This document shows, piece after piece, positions 12,340 to 23,877 of a DNA stretch of 64,000 nucleotides. Within the stretch, counting starts at the first letter, position 1. Every line of letters starts with the position of its first letter. Made by a program: the position numbers and the translations under genes. Under the pieces are notes generated by a model. It saw nothing but the letters and a program-made list of their open reading frames with translations, did no database searches and was not told the DNA's origin. The stretch comes from Octopus vulgaris (lineage: Eukaryota): assembly GCA_951406725.2 (NCBI GenBank), contig OX597818.1:127534001-127598000 (forward strand), written 5' to 3'.

Positions 12340-14339
12340 TCATTTACTTTTAATCTGCATGTTTGATGCAATCACCTGCCGGGGCACACCCAGCGCCCTA
12401 GGGCAAGTGAAGGTTAAGAGTTGTTGAAATATAGCTGAAAGCTTGGGGAGGGGAAGTAGAGAAATATCTCCATGTAATACAAACACAAACATTTACATTG
12501 ATAGGGTTTTTCTAAGGATGTGGGCAGTACTTGTTAGCACAATCTTTTGGATTTCCTTGAGACATGGTTTTCCAGGGATATTGTCTAGGTGTTTCTGACA
12601 TCCCTTTTTTATCATACCTAGGGCACCTACAATAACAGGAACAGTTTTTGTTTTAAGATTCCACATCCTCTGTATTTCGATTTCCAGGTCCTTATATTTA
12701 CTAAGTTTGTCAAATTCCTTGACAGATACATTTTTATCAGTGGGGACGCTTACTTCTATTAGTCTGCAGGTATTTTCTTCCCTGTCTTTAACAATTATGT
12801 CTGGTCGATTAGCCTTGATCGTTCTGTCAGTGTTGACTGGAAAATCCCAGAGGATGGTGACATCTTTACCTTCAACAACTGGCTGAGGATGGTGTTCATA
12901 CCAGTTAGCAGGAGTGTCGGATTTGTAGTGTTTACATATCTTCCAATGTATATACTGTCCTACCCTATCGTGGCGATTTTTGTATTCGTTTGGTGTCAGC
13001 ACAGGACATCCCGAAACGAGATGGTCTATTGTTTCGTCAAATGTGTCACAGAATCTGCATTTAGGGTCAGTACCGTTTCGGAGAACGTTAGCCTGGTAAT
13101 TTCTGGTAAACAAGCTTTGATCTTGTGCTGCCATTATGAAGCCTTCAGTCTCTGCTTTCAATCCAGAACTCTTCAGCCACTGATGGGTTGTTGCTTGGTC
13201 TACATCAGCATTTTGGCTTCGGAGAATGTATTGTCCATGCAGGGGCTTCTGGCTCCACCGCCTCTCAATTTGATTCTGCCCATTCTTTTTTGCAGTCTGC
13301 CTGATTCGCTTTGCTTGCTTGGTAGCAGTGGTTTCTGGCTCTTCACCTGATTCAAGGTTAATGCCTAGTTCCCTTTCGAACTTATAAGCTTCCTTGACAA
13401 TAGAATGCAGCTTTTTGCTGCTTTCGTGTTCACACACAAGTCGCAGCATCCAGTCGTTTGTACTAGATAGGTACCTGTTCATTCCTACAGTAGAGGTCTT
13501 ATAGCACAGCTCCAATTGCATCATTCCTCTCCCCCCGCTGCTTCTAGGTAGGTACAAGCGGTCTACATCTGCCTTAGGGTGGTGCATGCTCCTGGATGTC
13601 AGTAACTTTCTTGTCTTCCTGTCCAAGCGTTGGAGTTCCGTAAGGTTCCAGTTAATGATGTTAAAACTGTACTGGACTACTGGAAGTGCCAGGGTGTTAA
13701 TGGCCTCAATGCAATTTTTGGAGTTGAGTTCAGTCTTCAGTACAAGCCTTATTCTCCTATAGTACTCCTTTCTTATTTTTTCCTTCATAGTAGCATGATG
13801 TATACCATCTCCTTCGTTGATTCCTAGGTATTTGTAGCTTTCTTGTGGGTCAAGTTCCTTGATGGTAGTGTCAATATCTAATTTAACAGAAGCTGTTTGC
13901 CTGAGCTTGCCTCTTACAAAAGTTGCTTTAGCACACTTATCAAGGCCAAAATCCATTCCGATATCATTGCTAAACTCTTTAACAGTTGTTAGCAGCCCTT
14001 CTAGCTCTTGGTCATTCTTGGCAAACAGCTTTAGATCGTCCATATAAAAAAGGTGGTTTATTAACTTGCTAAAAACTTTGTACCCATATCTGGCACTATC
14101 CAATTCGTTTGAGAGTGGGATCAGTGCCATGCAAAAAGTAATGGAGAGAGGGAGTCACCTTGAAAGATGCCTCGTTTGATGTTGATGCTTTTGGACTGGC
14201 TCATCCCATTACTATGGCTTAGAAAGAGACGTGTGTTCCACATGGTCATGCTATTCTCTAAGAATTTTGAGACGACAGGGGAGATCTTGTATATCTCAAG
14301 GGCCTTGAGTATCCATTTATGTGGGACACTGTCATACGC

Positions 14340-14340
<1 letters not shown>
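12340..14340 (-). mobile_element. R4/Dong-type RLE non-LTR retrotransposon, 5'-truncated young copy inside an interrupted (TAA)n array
   Basis: Runs from RT KAYDSVPH (14340) through QGDSLSPL, YMDD, YKYLG, CCHC and RLE to a 3' UTR ending in (TAA)n. Confidence 0.92.
12493..14130 (-). CDS. Retrotransposon ORF, C-terminal 545 aa: RT (FYMDD, YKYLG), CCHC knuckle, restriction-like endonuclease
   Basis: Open frame with FYMDDLKLF, CRFC-x4-ETIDHLVSGC, RHD, RPDIIV..IEVSV..KLSKYKDL. Homology continues upstream to 14340 across one frameshift at ~14135. Confidence 0.9.
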   Translation of the reverse strand: MALIPLSNELDSARYGYKVFSKLINHLFYMDDLKLFAKNDQELEGLLTTVKEFSNDIGMDFGLDKCAKATFVRGKLRQTASVKLDIDTTIKELDPQESYKYLGINEGDGIHHATMKEKIRKEYYRRIRLVLKTELNSKNCIEAINTLALPVVQYSFNIINWNLTELQRLDRKTRKLLTSRSMHHPKADVDRLYLPRSSGGRGMMQLELCYKTSTVGMNRYLSSTNDWMLRLVCEHESSKKLHSIVKEAYKFERELGINLESGEEPETTATKQAKRIRQTAKKNGQNQIERRWSQKPLHGQYILRSQNADVDQATTHQWLKSSGLKAETEGFIMAAQDQSLFTRNYQANVLRNGTDPKCRFCDTFDETIDHLVSGCPVLTPNEYKNRHDRVGQYIHWKICKHYKSDTPANWYEHHPQPVVEGKDVTILWDFPVNTDRTIKANRPDIIVKDREENTCRLIEVSVPTDKNVSVKEFDKLSKYKDLEIEIQRMWNLKTKTVPVIVGALGMIKKGCQKHLDNIPGKPCLKEIQKIVLTSTAHILRKTLSM

Positions 14341-14394
<54 letters not shown>

Positions 14395-14511
14395 CATGAT
14401 AATTATTATTATCATGATCATTGTTATTATTATCATGCTTAATATTATTATTATTATTATTATTATCATGATTATTGTTATTATTATCATGCTTATTATT
14501 ATTATTATTAC

Positions 14512-14581
<70 letters not shown>

Positions 14582-14989
14582 TACACAATCTCAAATTTTC
14601 ACATGTTGTCTGCCTCGCCCTCACAGATGTGAAAGCAGACCCTGCTGCGAAAAATGAATCCTTGACAAAGGTTGACAAAGGTTGACATATGAAAGGTAGA
14701 AATGTTGTAATCCCATTATCGTGTTCCAAACCAATGAGTTTCGTCAAATAAATCTTAATAGATCAATGATTTGTGTTTGTTTTTGTTTTTTTTTATTTCT
14801 TTTATTGTCATTTTGCTTGTTTGTTTGTTTCTAGAGGTGTGGCGGGTGATTAAAACAAATAAAGACATAAAAAATACAAATATAATCTTGCAGATATAAA
14901 TAAACTCGCGTTTAGTAAATGTAGGAAGACGTGCTGAAAGGTTTTCTGAAGAAGTATTTTTTAATGTACGTAATTACGTACGTACACAC

Positions 14990-15424
14990 GTATGTATGTA
15001 TGTATGTATGTATGTATGTATGTATGTATGTATGTATGTATGTATGTATGTGTGTGTGTATGTATGTATGTGTGTGTGTATGTATGTATGTATGTATGTA
15101 TATATGCATGTATGTATGTATGTATGCATGTATGTATGTATGCATGCATGTATGTATGTATTTATGTATGTATGTATGTATGTGCGTGTGTATGTATGTA
15201 TGTATGTATGTGCGTGTGTATGTATGTATGTATGCATGTATGTATGTATGCATGTATGTATGTATGAATGTATGTGTGCATGCATGTATGTATGTATGTA
15301 TGTATGTATGTATGCATGTATGTATGTATGTATATATGTATGTATGTATGTATGTATATATGTATGTATGTATGTATGCATGTATGTATGTATGTATGTA
15401 TGCATGTATGTATGTGTGTATGTA
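14990..15424. repeat. (TATG)n array with TGCA/TGTG variants
   Basis: Read directly from the sequence. Confidence 0.95.
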
Positions 15425-15477
15425 TTTTTTTTCTCTAGTTTCAGCTCAGAGCTGTGGCCGTGCTGATACACCGCCGT

Positions 15478-15731
15478 TATAAATGCGCCCTTTTCAAGCC
15501 TAGCCAGGCTCATGGACCCGGTTTCCCGGTTTCAATGGCGTATGTGTTCCGCAGCTGGACGGGACGCCAGTACATCGCAGCGTTACTCACTTTTGCCAGC
15601 TGAGTGGACTGGAGCAACGTGAAATGAAGTTTTTTGCTCGAGAACACAACGTGTCGCCCGGTCCAGGAATCGAAACCACAATCTAACGATCATAATCCTG
15701 ACACCCTAATCACTAAGCCACGTGCCGCCAC
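15478..15731 (-). mobile_element. tRNA-derived SINE family D (V-domain-like core, tail T2)
   Basis: Head gtggcttagtgattagg..gtttcgattcc, core ttgtgttctcgagcaaaaaacttcatttcacgttgctccagtccactcagctg, tail shared with 30900-31005. Confidence 0.75.
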
Positions 15732-15762
15732 ACATGTATATATGCATTATGTATGTATATGT

Positions 15763-15821
<59 letters not shown>

Positions 15822-15828
<7 letters not shown>

Positions 15829-15936
15829 ACCACGTGACCGACCAGTCCATAAGATGTAGTTACACATCGCTGGTCACAATGCGTTCGCATTGTTTTAGCC
15901 TTCGAATGACGCCACCCCGCTGGCTAAGCGAGCAGG

Positions 15937-15940
<4 letters not shown>
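15822..15940 (-). mobile_element. Isolated 3' tail (T1) of SINE family B inserted in (TA)n
   Basis: Near-identical reverse complement of 23480-23598, with (TA)n on both sides. Confidence 0.85.
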
Positions 15941-15976
<36 letters not shown>

Positions 15977-15980
<4 letters not shown>

Positions 15981-16166
15981 ATCCAAACAAGAAAGCACAA
16001 AAAAAACACAACAACGCGAGGACGTGGAACAAATATAGTATTATTGGACGCTCATGAAAGAAGGAAAGAAGGAGGGTTTAACGTTTCGAGCGGAGCTCTT
16101 CGTCGGAAACATAGGAGAAGGAAAGATCCAGAGAAGGGAAGACGGAAGAAAAAAATCGCCAACGGT
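15977..16166 (-). mobile_element. Penelope-like pLTR fragment with hammerhead-like motif
   Basis: Minus strand CCGACGA-A-GAGC-TCC-GCTC-GAAACGTT...AGCGTC (16047-16106). Related to 23090-23280. Confidence 0.6.
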
Positions 16167-16191
16167 ACACACACACATATATATACACACA

Positions 16192-16237
<46 letters not shown>

Positions 16238-16757
16238 TGTACGTATGTCCACACATACATACATGTATTGTGTAAAAGAACCACCATGAATCAAATAACT
16301 ACACTCGGCAATATAGATGTAGCGTGAGATTTGAATAGGGTCGGTGTCATTTATCTCTAGTTTTCTTAGTGGCGTAAAAGAAATGAGATTTGTGATAGAT
16401 AATTCCTTTGTATAGAGAGGGTGTGACGTAGACAGATCTTTCATCTACCGATGTAGAAGTAAAATCTACACAGAAATGAATCACACAAGAATTTCATAGT
16501 GCTTGCACGCACGCACGCACACAGACAAGCGCACGCATACACACACACACACACACAAGCGCACGCACGCACACACACACACACAAGCGCACGCACACAC
16601 GCGCGCGCACACACACACGTGTATGTGAGGGTGTGTGGATGTTGAAAAGTTTGCTTCCCGACCACATGGTTCCGGGTTCAATCTCACCGCGTGACACCTT
16701 GGGCAAGTGTCTTAAAGTGAACTACTTAAACATTCAGCCCTGCTGCGCACATGAGAG

Positions 16758-16823
<66 letters not shown>

Positions 16824-16824
<1 letters not shown>

Positions 16825-17008
16825 CGAGAAGGTTTACGAAAATAAACAAAAGACGAAGGCAGGCGGAGTACAAACAAACAAATGTATTAGTATGGCGCTC
16901 AGGAATAGAAATAGAACAAGTCTTTTACGTTTCGAGCCTACGCTCTTCGACAGAAAGATACACAGAAAAAACAAGGAGAGAAAAAATGCGTGTAGGAGCG
17001 AACGATCT

Positions 17009-17012
<4 letters not shown>
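16824..17012 (-). mobile_element. Penelope-like pLTR fragment in (TA)n; paralogous to 32595-32835
   Basis: High identity to 32595-32800. Minus strand CTGTCGA-A-GAGC-GTAG-GCTC-GAAACG. (TA)n on both sides. Confidence 0.6.
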
Positions 17013-17079
<67 letters not shown>

Positions 17080-17280
17080 ACATTTATATATATATATATA
17101 TTCTTTTATTTGTTTCAGTCATATGTGGCTTTGCTGGAGCACTGCCTGGATAGATAGATAGATACATAGATACATACATACATACATACATACATACATA
17201 CATACATACATACATACATACATACATACATACATACACACGTACGTGCGTACGTACATATACATGTATGCAAATGTATG

Positions 17281-17495
17281 TACGCGGGTGAACTGCGAAA
17301 TCTTGTATGCCTTAATTTCAACCTTTCTTATTGATGACTGCATTGTTTCTTTCCAGTTAAACTGACATCTGACTGTTCAAAGAAGACTTCAAAAGTAACT
17401 AGTAGCAACCTCTTTTGAAAATGGAAAAAATTTGGCATCGTAGTGTTATCAAGTACGAGTTTAGCGCCCAAAGATATTAATGCTGACATGGTATT
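17281..17495 (+). mobile_element. Mariner (DD34D-like) 5' end fragment
   Basis: TA plus CGCGGGTG terminus; translation MEKIWHRSVIKY..LAPKDINADMV is typical of a mariner N-terminus. Confidence 0.6.
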
Positions 17496-17504
17496 CTCCA
17501 CGGT

Positions 17505-17725
17505 TCAAGGCGACGAGCCGGCAGAAACGTTAGCACGCCTGGCGAAATGCTTAGCGGTATTTCGTCTGCCGCTACGTTCTGAGTTCAAATTCCGCCGAGG
17601 TCGACTTTGCCTTTCATCCTTTCGGGGTCGATAAATTAAGTACCAGTTACGCACTGGGGTCGGTATAATCGACTTAATCCGTTTGTCCGCTCTATGTTTA
17701 GCCCCTTGTGGGTAGTAAAGAAATA
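17505..17725 (+). mobile_element. SINE family A, young subfamily (Tx1-like tail)
   Basis: Full length, with 15-bp TSD GGTATTCTCCACGGT (17490-17504 / 17726-17740). Confidence 0.9.
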
Positions 17726-17859
17726 GGTATTCTCCACGGTGCTATATCTGTTTTTGTCACTCTAATTTTCAGTCAACTCCAAATAACGGTTATTAACATA
17801 GATACAGCTGCTAAAACATTGTGAGTAAAATATATTCCATTACTGAGACCTTAAAGAAC

Positions 17860-18530
17860 GTGATGGGCTAACTGTATTGTTAGAACATTGGACAAATACC
17901 TTACAACATTTGTTCTGCACATTCTGAGTTCAAATCCCGCCAAAGTCAACTTTCATCATTCTGAAGTACCAGTGTTGATTTAATCGACTGATCCCTCAAC
18001 CACTAAACCTTATGTCCATGTTAAAAATCATAATATAAACCTTACTATTTGCCAACTAATAATTTTATCTCGATGAAAGATAATTTTACTCCGGTGGGAT
18101 TTGAACCCAGAATGTAAATGGACGTAATGAATTTCTGCAAGGTATTTTATACGACGCTCTATAGATATTTATTGATCCGCTTCTCAATGAGTTCCAAATA
18201 ATAATTTTCTATTACACACAAGGGTAGAAATTTGGGAAAACGGTTAGTCGATATATCGAGTTCAGTATTTGACTGGCACTTTATTTTATCGACCCTGGAT
18301 AGAAACAAAAATTACTTTGACGGGATTTGAACTCAGAACGTAACTAAATCTTCCGATCCCACGCCGTTTCGTTTCTAAATTTGACACAAAGCTAGAAATT
18401 TGGTGGAGGAGATTAGTTGATTACATCAATTCTAGCACTTCACTGCTACTTTAATTTGTCGACTCTGAGAAAATAAAAGACCGAATAGACCCCAACAGAA
18501 TTCGAACTCGAAGAGTAACTGGACTTCATG
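17860..18530. mobile_element. Cluster of about four degenerate family-A-like SINE relics on both strands
   Basis: Recurring gagttcaaatcccgcc / gggatttgaactcagaacg and gtaccagt / actggcact motifs. Confidence 0.55.
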
Positions 18531-18546
18531 AAATATTGCAAGGCAT

Positions 18547-19030
18547 AAGGCGGCGAGCTGGCAGAAACGTTAGCACGCCAGGCGAAATGCGTAGCCGTAT
18601 TTCGTCAGCCGTTACGTTCTGAGTTCAAATTCCGCCGAGGTCGACTTTGCCTTTTATCCTTTCGGGGTCGATAATTTAAGTACCAGTTACGCATTGGGGT
18701 CGATATAATCGACTTAATCCGTTTGTCTGTCCTTGTTTGTCATCTCTGTGTGTAGCCCCTTGTGGGTAGTAAAGAAATAGAAATATTGCAAGACATAAGG
18801 CGGCGAGCTGGCAGAAACGTTAGCACGCCAGGCGAAATGCGTAGCCGTATTTCGTCTGCCGTTACGTTCCGAGTTCAAATTCCGCCGAGGTCGACTTTGC
18901 CTTTTATCCTTTCGGGGTCGATAAATTAAGTACCAGTTACGCATTGGGGTCGATATAATCGACTTAATCCGTTTGTCTGTCCTTGTTTGTCATCTCTGTG
19001 TGTAGCCCCTTGTGGGTAGTAAAGAAATAG
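18547..19030 (+). mobile_element. Two head-to-tail family-A SINE copies with an exact 250-bp period
   Basis: Target sequence AAATATTGC(A/G)AG(G/A)CAT occurs at 18531, 18781 and 19031. Confidence 0.9.
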
Positions 19031-19525
19031 AAATATTGCGAGGCATTTTGTACACCGCTCAATCGATTTTTATTGTTCTACTTCTCTCTCATATTCAAAT
19101 AGTGGTAATAATTATGTTTCATAGGCCACTACTCAACAGCAGTTATACTTTATTCAGACAAGTCTGTATTTCATTGGTAGCAAGTAAATAAGATTACGTC
19201 AGACTTTATACTCCTGCTGTGCTATCTGTATTGTTTGCTTAGCTCATGCAGTTCCCACGCTGTAGACAGCGATGTTGTAATAAATTGTAGTTCAGCAATG
19301 AAGTCAACTCAAAGTTAACTCTTCTTAATTACTAACCTGGAACGGAAACAAATATAAGCTTTGTTTCCGTTAATTTTTTTAAACACTTTCCCAACATTAT
19401 TACTATTCAATATTATAAATTATTTATTTTACATTCACTAAAAGCGGTGTCCAAACAAGGCCACGATCCAGTAATTGAATCGAGTAGAAGCATAAAAACA
19501 TTACCGCATGATATTTTGTTAATTA

Positions 19526-19921
19526 CTAGCAGTATCGCCCGGCGTTGCTCGGGTTTGTAAGGGAAATAACTATGTAAGCATTTTTAGAGAGTTATAGCCA
19601 AAAAATAGCAAAAAAATGCATTAAAAATGGAAAACAAATTATGGCAAATTTTTTTTAAATCGTTGACTCATCGTAGACATTTTTAGAGAGTTACTTCCCT
19701 TATATAATAGCGACAAAATGCATTAAAAAGGAAAAAAATGATGGTAATTTTTTTTTTAATCGTAGACTCATCGTAGATGCGCGCTAATACCCAGAAGGGC
19801 TCGATATGAATCACGACTATAAGATACCCGCTTTTGGTTAAACTGCACCGCAAAATGTGGGAGTAGTTAGGAATCTAAGTCGTAGAAGACAGACACACAA
19901 CTTCACTTTTATATATAAAGA
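19526..19921 (-). mobile_element. Non-autonomous Helitron (second copy)
   Basis: Same TC...hairpin-CTAG termini and A|T insertion site as 3641-3968. Confidence 0.8.
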
Positions 19922-19945
19922 TTTCCCCAAACTTAGTTGTAAATA

Positions 19946-20000
<55 letters not shown>

Positions 20001-20839
20001 TATAGATATATATATCCATGACTAGGCTTTTGGACATGCGTATTAGTATTTTATTTTCATATATTCTACGTTTGGAGCCAGTTCTGGTGATACACCACTA
20101 GTAGTTTCGCTTAGGAATTTCATGATTTTAGATCGCTAACAAGCATTCGATCGTTTTTGTAACTTTCCTTGGGTTTACCTCGTTTAAGTCCTTCTCTACC
20201 ATCTCTTTCTAAAATGAACATGTATTCAGCAGTCAGTGTTATTGCTCACGTATAAGAATCCATTTCAGATCATTGCCTCTTATGTTCATGTGTTGACTCC
20301 TAAGCCTTTACAAAGGCAATGACTCTTCTGAACGATTGCCTTCTTCATTCAGGTCAGAATAGCGTGATGGTGTAATATACCTACGATTTCATGATTATGT
20401 TAAGATAAAGTAGAATGAACTGATAACAATAGTAAAGAGCACCTACCCATTCGCGTTTGTAGCCGAACTGAAGATCTGATCTTGACATTAGCAGCAGACA
20501 TAAACTAAGTTTTCTTTTCGACCAGAGTGATGACTCTTGCTCAGAAACATATTTAATATCGATAGTAGTATATCTTATCTATTTTAGGCAGCATAGTAAC
20601 ACAAAATAAGAGAGAGAAAATATTTGTCTTCTTTACCTGACGTTAGATATACATGAACTTTAATCTGTTAAAAATATGCTTAATATTGCGTGTATCAGTG
20701 TACATACAGAATCATGCATGTATATTTATATGAATATATATATACATATATATGTACAAATATATGTGTGTATATACATATCTATATGTTTATATATGTA
20801 TACACACACATACACATATTTATATACACACACACACAC

Positions 20840-20890
<51 letters not shown>

Positions 20891-21204
20891 CATAAATGGG
20901 ACAAGAACGCAAAACATCCAGACAGACGATACAAAGAAAACAAGGACGAGTCATTCGGAGTTTTCTTTCCTCAGTCGAGTTCCAGATTATCTTTGCAATT
21001 TTGGCTGGTTATACGCGAGATTGCTCCAATCCGGCCAGCCCCAAGGAAAAACTAAGCTAAGTGCACTAGATTCCTTGAAAGAAATCAGCGAATGTATACG
21101 AAAACAAGGACTGAGAAATGGTATACAAATACAAATAACAGGACATTAACAACGGGTGTTGAAAGACAGACTGGATGAGAGGCATTGATTATTGGGGGGG
21201 GGGG

Positions 21205-21670
21205 TGACTAAAAAATCTCAATCTCTACTTTCTCCAACGCCGCCGGGAGCGCTACATCATTTGTGTGATGTGGAAAATATTCCATCAATATAGCACAAAT
21301 GATGTTGACATCAATTTTAAAATCCATCCAAGACTTGGTCTCCGTGCTCTCCGCCCACTACAAAAATCGAACTCAGTACGCATAGCAACATTACATTACA
21401 ATTACTTTATCTCAACCGGTTCAGCTCGCTTTAATACCCTACCAAAATACGTCAAAACGGAAACTTATCCCATAAAATTCAAATGTTCACTGGACAAATT
21501 TCTTCAAAAAATCCCGGACCAACCTCCTACACTCGGATATGTCTCCAACAATAATGACTCTTTGCCAGAGTGGGCCATGGTCCCCATATATGACTAAAAG
21601 ACTTCATCAGGTGGTGCTATTAATTTAGACATAGCTAGACTGGCCGAAACCTATCAAAGTTATGAAAGTT
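21205..21670 (+). mobile_element. CR1-group/Jockey-like LINE 3' fragment
   Basis: LKNLNLYFLQRRRERYIICVMWKI...FNTLPKYVK..FKCSLDKFLQKIPDQP, ending in a short tandem tail (tatcaaagt/tatgaaagt). Confidence 0.7.
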
Positions 21671-21700
21671 ATGTATGAATACATATATACATATATATGT

Positions 21701-23280
21701 AGACTCCGCCTGGAACAGTATTACATTTTCACTCTACGTACTCAAACTCCTTTCGGACTCAACACAACCCCTTCCTTTCAGTGACTTTCCCCACATTCCT
21801 TTTTTGAAAATACATTTGGTTTTATCTCATTTTCATTGTTTTTTTTTTTGTAATTTCATTATTTTAAATTTTATTTTTTATTAATTTTTTTATTTATTTC
21901 TGTTGCTGATTTTTTTCTGTTACTGATTTTTTTTTTATTTATGTCAGTTACTGATTTATTCACAATCTTTTTCATGTATTTTTTATTATTACTAATTTTT
22001 TTATTTTTCATCATTTATTTGTATTATCTTTTATTTTTAGATTCCTATACCACGCACTACACACACACACTCGCGCGCACACATACATGTACACACGTAC
22101 ACATACACTATACACACACACATCGCGCGTGCACTCACACACGCACTCCCACACATGCGCACACACACACACACACTTGCACACATAATACCCACACCCT
22201 TGGCTACACCAACGCACCCACACACACTTCATCTCACCTAGCTCTCCCTCTCACGCACACACACGCACACGTGCGCGCGCGCACAGGAACACACATATAC
22301 ATCCACACACACAACACACACAAACATGCACTCATATACACACATATACACGCTGTGTACATACACTTCCACACACATCCAGATACGCACATACACGTAC
22401 ACATACACACATATATATGTACAAAGAGAGAGAGTGACACACACACGCACCCATACACACATTCCCATTCCGACTACGCACACACGCCAACACACATGGC
22501 TACACCTACCCGTTCACACACCTGTCGCTGTAACTGTTGACCTCTCAGAGCGACATTAATACACACAGATCCTACCACACACACACACACACACAAACTA
22601 CTCATACAAAACAAACACACACAGAGTTAATACCACACACACACACACTACCAGACAAAAACACACACCACACAAACACACACACAACACAAACACACAC
22701 ACCACACAAACACACACACCACACAAACACACACACACCACACAAACACACACACCACACAAACACACACACCACACACACACATACACACACGATACCA
22801 CGCATACACACACAGGCTACTCACACAAGCACGCACACTCAGTTAATGCCACATACACACACGCTATCACACAAACACACACACACACACACGTTACCAC
22901 GCACACATATACGCACACGCAGTTACTGCCACATACACACATGCCACCATGCATACATACGTTGCGACACTCACACACGCTACCACACACACACATACCG
23001 ATCATCTTCGCACTCTCCTGTCCGAGAAAGCACTTTCTCTTCCTCTTTCTACTTCCGGTCACTTTAGAAATGTAACCGCACGTCGACTGTTGGCGATTTT
23101 TCTTCCTTCTTTCCCTTTGGACTTTCCTACTTTTCCTGTTTCCCACGAAGAGCTACGCTCGAAGCGTAAAACAACTCTCTTTTTCCCCCGAGCGTCATTT
23201 TAATAGATTGCTTGCGCTACATCATGGCGTTTATTTGGTTTTTCCTTTTCTTTTTGCTTCTGTTTTTTTAATTGACTATA
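21701..23280 (+). mobile_element. Penelope-like element 3' portion: GIY-YIG endonuclease C-terminus, long CA-rich UTR, pLTR with hammerhead-like motif
   Basis: 21701-21784 translates RLRLEQYYIFTLRTQTPFGLNTTPSFQ*, resembling the PLE endonuclease C-terminal E..WI..L.T..P.GLN motif. Motif CCCACGA-A-GAGC-TAC-GCTC-GAAG...AGCGTC at 23142-23196. TA-rich flanks. Confidence 0.65.
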
Positions 23281-23293
23281 TATATGTGTGTGT

Positions 23294-23598
23294 GGAGGTG
23301 CAATGGCCCAGTGGTTAGAGCAGCGGACTCGCGGTCGTAGGATCGCGGTTTCGATTCCCAGACCAGGCGTTGTGAGTGTTTATTGAGCTAAAACACCTAA
23401 AAGCTCCACGAAGCTCCGGCAGGTGGTGGTGGTCCCTGCTGTACTCTTTCGCCACAACTTTCTCTCACTCTTTCTTCTGCTGGCCTGCTCGCTTAGCCAG
23501 CGGGGTGGCGTCATTCGAAGGCTAAAACAATGCGAACGCATTGTGACCAGCGATGTGTAACTACATCTGATGGACTGGTCGGTCACGAGATCACGTGA
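23294..23598 (+). mobile_element. SINE family B (tRNA-Arg-like head) with tail T1
   Basis: A box TGGCCCAGTGG, B box GTTTCGATTCC. Ends cacgagatcacgtga followed by (TA)n. Paralogue at 38239-38551. Confidence 0.85.
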
Positions 23599-23619
23599 TA
23601 TATATATATATATATATAT

Positions 23620-23744
23620 TGCTATTTTTTAAATTTGTATATATTTATTTTATTACGAATGCAAAACAACACCACAGAGGAATCGACGTAAGCTTAAATA
23701 ATAAACCGCGATAGGTGAACCGCGATATGGCGAGGGATTACAGT
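23620..23744. mobile_element. pogo/Tigger-like MITE, right end
   Basis: gaaccgcgatatggcgagggattacagta resembles a Tigger-type TIR plus TA; related to 58368-58560. Confidence 0.5.
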
Positions 23745-23877
23745 ATATGCGTGTGTGAGTGTGTGTGTGTGTGTGTATAAGTATATATTTGTACTTATAT
23801 GTGTGTGTTTGTGTATACATATATATTCACACGCGCGCGCACACATGCACACATACATATGTATAAATATACATATA

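Noticed and set aside
18531-19046. Regularly spaced short direct repeats resembling a CRISPR array
   Set aside because: The spacers are near-identical SINE copies, the context is eukaryotic, and there are no cas genes.
20895-21160. Repeat-like segment with a GGCTGG/CCAGCC stem as a possible ribozyme
   Set aside because: No CUGANGA-like box or intact GAAA on either strand; left unclassified.
23294-23370. tRNA-like sequences with A and B boxes (also 4545-4617, 17505, 34018, 62731)
   Set aside because: They run into SINE bodies and tails, several have TSDs, and they lack a proper acceptor stem, so they are SINE heads rather than tRNA genes.
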